Shown piece by piece: positions 1 to 6,996 of a DNA stretch of 64,000 nucleotides. A program made the translations under genes and the position numbers. The notes beneath the pieces are model-generated. The model had not been told where the DNA came from. It worked only from the letters and a program-made list of their open reading frames with translations, and did not search any database. The DNA is from Bdellovibrionales bacterium (GTDB lineage Bacteria; Bdellovibrionota; Bdellovibrionia; Bdellovibrionales; JAUICD01), in NCBI GenBank assembly GCA_965203875.1, contig OZ241914.1, positions 333,209 through 397,208 on the forward strand. Reading direction: 5' to 3'. Position 1 is the first letter of the stretch. The number at the start of each line of letters is the position of its first letter.

Positions 1-603
1 ACGCCATTTTCACATTTCAAATATCCATAAGCATTTTTGCCCTTGACTTGAAAAGTTACACTTTTTACTCCTGCTTCGTCCCCATAATTTATATCCATTA
101 TATTATATTTAAAATTCATCCTTTCGGACCATCTAGAATATAAACGCATCAACATCTGAACCCAGTCGCATGCCTCTGTTCCGCCAGCACCTGACTTAAT
201 AGTTAAATATGAATCACCACTATCTAACTCTCCACTTAACAATGTTTCTAACTCCAATGTTTTTATTTGCTCTAAAACTTTTGATATTTCTAAGGTTAGC
301 TCTGAAAAAAGATTTTCATCAGATTCTTCTATAGCTATATCAAACATTGCTTTTAGATCTCGAACACTAGAATTAACCTTATTAAAAGTGTCTATCGTTT
401 TTTCAAGCGAAGATATTTCCAAATTTATTTTTGTTAGCTCCAAATGATTGGACCATAAATCTGGATTGTTTACCGATTTTTTTAATTCTTTGACTTTACC
501 TTTCTTTGTGTCAACTTCAAAGATACCCCCTTAGTTTGTCTACTAAAGAAGTTACTTCTACAATCTTAGAATTTATTAAGTGTTTTTCATCTTGTATAGA
601 CAT
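1..603 (-). CDS. prfB: Peptide chain release factor 2, 5' portion (gene runs off window start); two frames joined by +1 frameshift
   Basis: ATG at 603-601. Frame 0 reads MSIQDEKHLINSKIVEVTSLVDKLRGYL then TGA (519-517). The +1 frame continues EVDTKKGKVKELKKSVNNPDLW...SYLTIKSGAGGTEACDWVQMLMRLYSRWSE...GYLKCENG, typical RF2 domains 1-2. Absent from the ORF track because it is split and open-ended. Confidence 0.9.
517..531 (-). other. Programmed +1 ribosomal frameshift site of prfB (AGGGGG-TAT-CTT-TGA)
   Basis: The minus strand reads CTA AGG GGG TAT CTT TGA A. An internal SD-like AGGGGG lies 3 nt before the slippery CTT followed by in-frame TGA, matching the E. coli prfB autoregulatory site. Confidence 0.85.
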
Positions 604-608
604 GATTT

Positions 609-1409
609 TTATTCCTTCGAGTTTTCGATAGACTGTTTTATAATATCACTGACATATTTGTCGCCTTTAGAAGCTCCTAAAAAAGTTTTGATCTGAGAAT
701 GAATAGTGGGGTCGTTTATAATTGCCCCTAGAGTGCCTTCTCCCATTTCAATTTTTTTAATAACCTTCGATAAATCGGATAACAAATTTCTTAATTCATC
801 TTTTGATACGTCATTTAAAACATCATTTATACTTTTTAGTAGGATTTTTAGTTCACGAGTTATACCTTCAAGATTATTTAGTACACTACTTCCTTCGGAT
901 TCTTCTGAATTTATTTTTTCCAACATAAGTTTTATGTTATTTAGTACGTCAGATAGAGTTTCTAACGGAGAATTGTCCTTAGAAAAGGCGGCTAGAATAC
1001 CTGTATTAGCTCCTACTTCTATAAAATCTCCGTTTCTTAACACACCATTTTGATTATTTTCAGGTTTTATCAAGACAAACATATCACCTAGGGCACCTTG
1101 AGTTTTTATAAATGCCTTAGAGCCTTTGGTAACCATAGGTTGAAATTCTTTATATAGATTCAAAACAACAAGCACTTCATTGTCAGGCATTATGTTTATT
1201 TCTTTTACATTACCTGCGGGTACACCAAGTATTTGAATTAAACTGCCTGGGCCTAATCCCTCTACAGAATCTACTTTCATATTTAGCTTATATCTAGGTC
1301 TAAAGAAACTTATTCCGCCATCTTCTAAAGAAGTTAAAGCAACGATGAGAATAATAAACGCTGCACTTATAAATATTCCAACTTGTATTTCCAAACTACG
1401 TTTAAACAT
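609..1409 (-). CDS. mlaD: MCE-domain substrate-binding protein of Mla-type ABC transporter
   Basis: N-terminal TM (IQVGIFISAAFIILIVAL) followed by an MCE-like domain. It follows mlaF. The ATG at 1409 has GGAG 7 nt upstream, whereas the ORF-track TTG at 1442 would overlap mlaF. Confidence 0.8.
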   Translation of the reverse strand: MFKRSLEIQVGIFISAAFIILIVALTSLEDGGISFFRPRYKLNMKVDSVEGLGPGSLIQILGVPAGNVKEINIMPDNEVLVVLNLYKEFQPMVTKGSKAFIKTQGALGDMFVLIKPENNQNGVLRNGDFIEVGANTGILAAFSKDNSPLETLSDVLNNIKLMLEKINSEESEGSSVLNNLEGITRELKILLKSINDVLNDVSKDELRNLLSDLSKVIKKIEMGEGTLGAIINDPTIHSQIKTFLGASKGDKYVSDIIKQSIENSKE

Positions 1410-1422
1410 AAAACTTCTCCAA

Positions 1423-2151
1423 TTAAATTTTTCCTTCAGCAAATTTATTAATCATACCATCTTTTTTACCAGTTAGTTCTTCCTTTGTACCTATTTCTCC
1501 TACTTTACCCTCATGCAAAATAGCTACTCTATCACATACTGCAAAAACTGTAGGTATATCATGCGTCACTAAAATAGAAGTGATACCGATTTTTTTTAAC
1601 TTCAACATCATCTCTCTTATTTTTATTGTGTTAAATGGATCAAGGCCAGAGGTTGGTTCATCATACAAAATTACCTCTGGTTCTAGTATGATAGCCCTGG
1701 CTAAGCCTAATCTTTTTTGCATACCTCCGGACAATTCGGCAGGTAGAAGCTCTGCACTTTCTTCTAATCCAAACATTTTAAGAGTACTAAATATTTTGTT
1801 TGATATTTTATCATCGTCTAAATCTGTGTGCTCTTTTAATGGATATGCTAAGTTTTCATAAACACTCATCGAATCAAACAAAGCTCCACCTTGAAATGCA
1901 TAAGCTACTTTTTTTCTAATATCTACTAATTGATGTTCTTTTAGAGCAGTAATTTCTTCTCCATTTACTTTTATGCTTCCTGATTCTGGCATTTCTAAAC
2001 CAATAATGCCTCTTAGAATCACACTTTTCCCAGCGCCACTACCTCCGATTAAACCTAGGCACTCACCTTTTTTTACATCGAAGTTCACATCAGTATGAAC
2101 TATGTTTTTACCAAATCGTTTGGCAAAATTTCTTACTTTTATAATATCCAT
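1423..2151 (-). CDS. mlaF: ABC transporter ATP-binding protein (MlaF-like)
   Basis: Walker A GGSGAGKS, ABC signature LSGGMQKR, Walker B ILYDEPTSGLD. ATG at 2151 is preferred over the ORF-track TTG at 2166. Confidence 0.9.
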   Translation of the reverse strand: MDIIKVRNFAKRFGKNIVHTDVNFDVKKGECLGLIGGSGAGKSVILRGIIGLEMPESGSIKVNGEEITALKEHQLVDIRKKVAYAFQGGALFDSMSVYENLAYPLKEHTDLDDDKISNKIFSTLKMFGLEESAELLPAELSGGMQKRLGLARAIILEPEVILYDEPTSGLDPFNTIKIREMMLKLKKIGITSILVTHDIPTVFAVCDRVAILHEGKVGEIGTKEELTGKKDGMINKFAEGKI

Positions 2152-2930
2152 TTTTCTATTATCCAAAATATTTTACTTATGAAAAAATCGCTTATTACAA
2201 TCAGTATAGAAGATACTACAACAGAATGTCTTGTTGCCATGCCAACAGCCTTGGTCCCTGCTTTAGCGGTGAGTCCATAATAACATGCAGTAAGAGAGAT
2301 AAAAAATGCAAAGGCAAAAGGTTTTGCAAAACCGCTCATAAAATCAATAAAAAATACAGACGAATAAACTTTTAGAAGAAAAAAACCTATGTCTATATTT
2401 AACTCCACATTAGCTACCATTGCAGCACCAAATAGACCAATAAAGTTAGATATCAGAACCAAGGCAGGTAAAGCTATTAAACAAGCCAGTACTCTTGGAA
2501 TGACTATTTTTTTTACGGGGGATGTTCCTAATGCTCGTATAGCATCTACTTGTTGAGTAACTGACATAGAAGCAACTTCTGACGCTATACCAGCTCCAAC
2601 TCTTGCTGCAAACATTAAACTGGTAAGTACAGGTCCCATCTCTTTTACAATAGTCAGAGATACCATTCTTGGAACATAAGTTTTCATACCAAATTTTTCT
2701 AAACCTAATCCAAATTGCAGTGAGATAACCATTCCTATACTAAGTGAAGTTACTCCTATTAAACCTAAAGATCTTATACCTACCTGATTCAGGTGATATA
2801 CAATTAGACCAGGATAGTAAGGGGGTCTGAATCCTTCTTTTATTGACTGAAAGAGTAAGACCCAAGAGCCTCCTATAAATCTAACTTGTGATATTACAAA
2901 GCTTCCTATGGATTGTGCTATGGCCTGCAT
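2139..2930 (-). CDS. mlaE: ABC transporter permease (MlaE/YrbE family)
   Basis: 263 aa polytopic membrane protein. Its position upstream of and overlapping mlaF, and its length and topology, fit the MlaE family. Confidence 0.85.
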   Translation of the reverse strand: MQAIAQSIGSFVISQVRFIGGSWVLLFQSIKEGFRPPYYPGLIVYHLNQVGIRSLGLIGVTSLSIGMVISLQFGLGLEKFGMKTYVPRMVSLTIVKEMGPVLTSLMFAARVGAGIASEVASMSVTQQVDAIRALGTSPVKKIVIPRVLACLIALPALVLISNFIGLFGAAMVANVELNIDIGFFLLKVYSSVFFIDFMSGFAKPFAFAFFISLTACYYGLTAKAGTKAVGMATRHSVVVSSILIVISDFFISKIFWIIEKWIL

Positions 2931-3406
2931 TATTCAACCTTAAAATTTTTGATAAAGTTATCAAATTTATTTTTGGCCTCTATTATTGTGCTAGGCGAAC
3001 CCACCAGCATTATGCTGTAATTGCAATTTTTCTTTATAAATACCAACAGGTCTATTTGTCGTTTAACATCATTTAATCCAGTTAATAATGTGGATCTTAT
3101 AGTAGGAACTTCGTTGTATGTTAATGTGACTTCCTTCGATGATTCGATATTTGATAGGCCGGAAGCATAATTATTAAAAACTGTTTTTAGATCTGTACTT
3201 GCTTTTTTGCTGCATTCTGTGTGGAAGGAAATAATATTGCCGTGGTTATCTTTCCATGACTTATCGGCAAAACTTGACTTAAACTGCTTAAAGCCAGCGG
3301 GCTCTGTAAAACTAATTTGCTTTGAGGTTTTAAATTTATTTGGGTCTAAGCTTACGGATATACAGCCCGAGATTAGGCATAGGAAAATTATTAATATAAA
3401 TCTCAT
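2930..3406 (-). CDS. Lipoprotein of unknown function, first gene of the mla operon
   Basis: Signal peptide with lipobox MRFILIIFLCLISGC. Its stop overlaps the mlaE ATG (TAATG). Confidence 0.7.
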   Translation of the reverse strand: MRFILIIFLCLISGCISVSLDPNKFKTSKQISFTEPAGFKQFKSSFADKSWKDNHGNIISFHTECSKKASTDLKTVFNNYASGLSNIESSKEVTLTYNEVPTIRSTLLTGLNDVKRQIDLLVFIKKNCNYSIMLVGSPSTIIEAKNKFDNFIKNFKVE

Positions 3407-3706
3407 GATATCTTCCAGTGTTGGTTACACTTTGGGTTGTATTGGGTTTGTCTGCTCTATCAGATAACTATTTAAAAGGACAACTGAAATACCTGATTTA
3501 CACAGTTCAATATTAACTAGCCCTGCTCTACTCATAGCACCTCCAGACCAGCAAATAAAATCAGAATTAACCACATATGTCAATAAAACGAAGGTTAGAG
3601 CCTTTGTTTTGATTAAGTGCCTATCTAGCTTTGCTAAGAGCTTTGGCTTAACCGCTCTGCTATCTAGCATTTGTCAAAACTTTAGGGCCTTAAGTTAATT
3701 TTTAGT

Positions 3707-4705
3707 CTATCTTGAATATCTACAATGGTTGTCTGATGAGAATATGCTTCCTCTAGCCATTTGTTTGTTGGCAAATGAGATACTCACTGTCGTGTTGTTA
3801 CAGTCTTCCAAATCTTCTGGAGTACCTCTTACTCTGACTTTGAAATTGGCAGTTCTTTCTGAGAATAACTCATATATTATTTCAAATTCCCTACCATCAT
3901 TTACTCTTGTAAATCTGCCCTCTTGAATAATCCAAGGTTCTAGGTCATGAAGATGAGTCATATCGTTATGCCATATGTATGCGTCTGTTTCTGCATAGGA
4001 ATCCTGTGTTGGACTATGGTCTAGAAATATATTTAATCCCAATCTTAAATTTTCTACCGCTCTTCTACAGGACTGACTTCCAATAACAAATTGTGCGTGC
4101 AATCCACTCCATCTAGTGTTAGCACACACCCCTAGAAGTTCTAAAAAGTTATCAAATACATCTTTGTTTGTGATTCTTATTGTCTCTCTTCCACTTGGAT
4201 TTGCTGTTGTAAGCGACATTCCATTCCAACTACTTCCTACAAACTTTCCGCTATTGTCACATCCATATCTGTGTTGTGCGCTTGTATAATTGTTGTCATA
4301 TCGCCCATCTCTATTGCCATAATTCTGTCCATAACCATTCCTATAATCATAGTTTTGTCCATAGTTATTCCTATTACCGTAGTTCTGCCCATAACCATTT
4401 CTATTATCGTAATTTTGACCGTAACGGTTTTGTTGACCCGGTGACTGATTATAGGATCCTCGTCCTCTGTTGTTGTTTTTATAATTTTGGCAATAATCTC
4501 CACCGTAAAACGGACCAACATATCTGCTACCCTGCCTTCCACAGTTGGTAACACTCATCGCCAAGATAGCGGCAGCTACCACAAAGTAGGTTATGTTGAG
4601 TTTATTTGCAAATTTACTACGGCTTGAGGTAGGTGCTGATCTACCAGATGCTAATTTTGCTGACTTTTTAGCTTTTAACTTAGTTTTTAACCTTCTGAAT
4701 CCCAT
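3707..4705 (-). CDS. Membrane-anchored or secreted protein with an Asn/Gly/Tyr/Gln-rich decapeptide repeat region and a Cys-containing C-terminal domain, unknown function
   Basis: 332 aa. Basic N-terminus, hydrophobic segment YFVVAAAILAMSVTNC, then RYGQNYDNRNGYGQNYGNRNNYGQNYDYRNGYGQNYGNRDGRYDNNY, then a roughly 190-aa non-repetitive domain. Confidence 0.7.
   Translation of the reverse strand: MGFRRLKTKLKAKKSAKLASGRSAPTSSRSKFANKLNITYFVVAAAILAMSVTNCGRQGSRYVGPFYGGDYCQNYKNNNRGRGSYNQSPGQQNRYGQNYDNRNGYGQNYGNRNNYGQNYDYRNGYGQNYGNRDGRYDNNYTSAQHRYGCDNSGKFVGSSWNGMSLTTANPSGRETIRITNKDVFDNFLELLGVCANTRWSGLHAQFVIGSQSCRRAVENLRLGLNIFLDHSPTQDSYAETDAYIWHNDMTHLHDLEPWIIQEGRFTRVNDGREFEIIYELFSERTANFKVRVRGTPEDLEDCNNTTVSISFANKQMARGSIFSSDNHCRYSR
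4286..4432 (-). repeat. Imperfect 30-nt tandem repeats encoding (N/D)(R/Y)RNGYGQNYG decapeptides
   Basis: About 5 successive YGQNY units are visible in the protein, and 30-nt periodicity is visible in the DNA. Confidence 0.85.
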
Positions 4706-4745
4706 TAAATGCTCGATCGGAATTCTATCAAGATAGCATTAGTTT

Positions 4746-5471
4746 TTAAGCCTCTTTTTTAGGTGGAATTTTGAAAAATCTATTGTTTACAAATGCTGCT
4801 AAGCCAAATAATACAGCCAATACACTAACTAAGGTTGAAAAATAATAGTCTCCTCTATAATCTCCTCTCAAACTTTCTATCCATATCCTGCTAATACCGT
4901 ACATGATTAAATAGGCAAAAAAACGGCCTTCTACCTTATTTTTTTCCATATACAAAATTATTGTCATTATTAAAAAACCCGAAAATGAGGAGTATAACTG
5001 CGTGGGATGAATGCTTACATCGCCTTTAGTAATTGCAAAAATGCTAGAAGTTTGTTTTCCAAAACAGCATCCGGCCAGAAAGCATCCTAGCCTTCCCAGC
5101 CCATAGCCTAAAGGTATAACAGGTGCAAATAAATTCAAAAAAATAGAGATTTTTTGCTTCCTTAGGGCCAAAAATCCCCAGCCTGCTATCAAGGCAAATA
5201 TAAATCCTCCATAGAATACAAAACCGCCCTGATATATTTTTAGAATATTGAGAGGATTTTCGATATAGTATACAGGATATTCTATTATTGCATGAGATAT
5301 TCTTGCACCAATCAATCCAGAAACTATTAATACTAAAGATAAATCTAGAGCATCTTTTGCAAGATTAATCTTTTTAGATCTTCGGTATACCCATACTATG
5401 CATATACATAAGCTTATAGACATTACCAACAGGTAGGAAGAAAGATGTAGAGAGCTTAAAATGGGTGCCAC
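4746..5471 (-). CDS. Prolipoprotein diacylglyceryl transferase paralog (divergent, Cys-substituted signature)
   Basis: Polytopic, 241 aa. GLGRLGCFLAGCCFGK aligns to the Lgt signature GRxGNFxNxE, and HPTQLYS is conserved. A GTG start follows the TAA of the upstream lgt directly. Confidence 0.7.
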   Translation of the reverse strand: MAPILSSLHLSSYLLVMSISLCICIVWVYRRSKKINLAKDALDLSLVLIVSGLIGARISHAIIEYPVYYIENPLNILKIYQGGFVFYGGFIFALIAGWGFLALRKQKISIFLNLFAPVIPLGYGLGRLGCFLAGCCFGKQTSSIFAITKGDVSIHPTQLYSSFSGFLIMTIILYMEKNKVEGRFFAYLIMYGISRIWIESLRGDYRGDYYFSTLVSVLAVLFGLAAFVNNRFFKIPPKKEA

Positions 5472-6311
5472 TTAATTAATACGTTCCTCTATAGGATGTT
5501 TAATTCTAATATGTAGCAAAATTACTCCTGACAAAATCATGATGAAACATAATATTTGACCCATACTAAAATATTGTAGAAAAAACCCAAGCTGATTATC
5601 CGGCTGTCTGAAGAATTCTATGACAAATCTAAAAACTCCATAGATTATGAGATATGAAGTAGATATTATTCCTGTTCTTAGCCACTTGTTACTTTTTGAA
5701 CTCTTAAAAAATCCTTTTTTAATTTCACTTTTTTCTATTATTACTAAGATAAGGAATATCAATATTCCTTCCGATAAAGCTTGATATATTTGAGAAGGGT
5801 GCCTTGGCATACTGTCCACCATGGGGAAAACTACCGCCCAGGGAACATCTGTAACTCTACCTACCAATTCTCCGTTGATAAAATTACCAACTCTTCCTAA
5901 GGCTATTCCAATACAAGCTGCAATAACTACGTTGTCCATGATATGAAAGAATCCGACATTTAACTTTTTAGCCACCAGCACACTGCTAACAATAAAACCT
6001 ATAGCAGCTCCGTGATACGATAGTCCTCCTTTCCAAACAGCAAATATCTCTAGAGGATTTTGTATGTAATTCCAGTAGTCATATACAAATACATATATTA
6101 GCCTTGCACCTACAATCATACCAATCATCAAATAAGTAATAAGCAGTCCAATTTGGTCAGGATTTAGAGCGAACTTTGATTTTTTCCATCTGCTTACAAG
6201 AATTAAATATCCTATGAAAAATCCCAGTACATACATCAACCCATACCATCTGATCTGAATAAATCCGAATTTTATAAGAGTAGGATCTAAATCGTGTACA
6301 AAATATTGCAT
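5472..6311 (-). CDS. lgt: Prolipoprotein diacylglyceryl transferase
   Basis: Canonical GRVGNFINGELVGR signature, HPSQIYQALSEG, GGLSYHGAAIG; 279 aa polytopic. Confidence 0.9.
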   Translation of the reverse strand: MQYFVHDLDPTLIKFGFIQIRWYGLMYVLGFFIGYLILVSRWKKSKFALNPDQIGLLITYLMIGMIVGARLIYVFVYDYWNYIQNPLEIFAVWKGGLSYHGAAIGFIVSSVLVAKKLNVGFFHIMDNVVIAACIGIALGRVGNFINGELVGRVTDVPWAVVFPMVDSMPRHPSQIYQALSEGILIFLILVIIEKSEIKKGFFKSSKSNKWLRTGIISTSYLIIYGVFRFVIEFFRQPDNQLGFFLQYFSMGQILCFIMILSGVILLHIRIKHPIEERIN

Positions 6312-6400
6312 GTTGTTTATTTCAAAATATCAGCATGGTTACACAAGTTTTTTTAAAATATGAACCACGCATAATTACCTTTTTGTTTAAAAAATACTAA

Positions 6401-6976
6401 CTAAAGTTTGGACTGTGCCAGCTTTTTTTCCATAATGGCTTTTTTAGAATCTCTAATCATAACTATTATTAAAAGTATTATCCCTGATACAATTCCTATG
6501 TCTGCCACATTAAATGCAGGCCAAGAGTAACCTTTATAATAAAAATCCAAAAAATCTATAACATATTGTGTGCCTTCTCCTGACAATTTACCACGGACAC
6601 GGTCGATGTAGTTTCCTATAGCACCTCCAAAGATCAAGGACAGACTTGTGATTTGAATTCTATCGCTATTTTCTACTGATCTGAGTACAGAGATCACTAC
6701 TAAAAGTGCAATGGGTGGTATTAAAAAAAAGAAAATATCTCTAAAAACAGGATTTGATTCTGATAAAAATCCAAAAGCTGCTCCTGGATTTCTAACATAT
6801 GTTATATTAAAAAAATCTGGTATGACTTCTATAACATCCCCTACTCTTAAGCTAACATGAACGTACATTTTTGTTAGTTGATCCAGGGCACATAAAAAAC
6901 CAGATATCGAAACCAATAGCAAATACTTAAAGTATTTTGAACTCATCAGAAAACCTCGTTTATTTATACTCATCAA
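6401..6976 (-). CDS. lspA: Lipoprotein signal peptidase II
   Basis: DQLTK, NPGAAFGF, GGAIGNYIDR and FNVADIGI motifs. Conserved ileS-lspA synteny. An alternative start at 6946 (MSSKYF) is possible. Confidence 0.9.
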   Translation of the reverse strand: MMSINKRGFLMSSKYFKYLLLVSISGFLCALDQLTKMYVHVSLRVGDVIEVIPDFFNITYVRNPGAAFGFLSESNPVFRDIFFFLIPPIALLVVISVLRSVENSDRIQITSLSLIFGGAIGNYIDRVRGKLSGEGTQYVIDFLDFYYKGYSWPAFNVADIGIVSGIILLIIVMIRDSKKAIMEKKLAQSKL

Positions 6977-6996
6977 TCCATCAATTCTACATCATA

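Noticed and set aside
706-1053. Antisense or shadow ORFs inside well-supported genes (for example 706-1053, 1580-1861, 12554-12916, 19237-19554, 20868-21215, 24600-24992, 41009-41320, 52555-52929, 58717-59112)
   Set aside because: Each lies wholly within, and opposite or out of frame to, a gene with strong family motifs. Their low-complexity, Leu/Ser/Phe-rich translations are typical of non-coding frames in AT-rich DNA.
3425-3670. 81-aa ORF on the minus strand
   Set aside because: There is no SD before the ATG and no recognisable motif, and it lies in a probable promoter or leader region. It is kept only as a note under the gap finding.
4237-4554. Alternative-frame ORFs (4237-4554 minus, 4276-4551 plus) across the 30-nt repeat region
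   Set aside because: These are artefacts of the periodic repeat keeping several frames open. The 332-aa frame has a proper N-terminal anchor and C-terminal domain.
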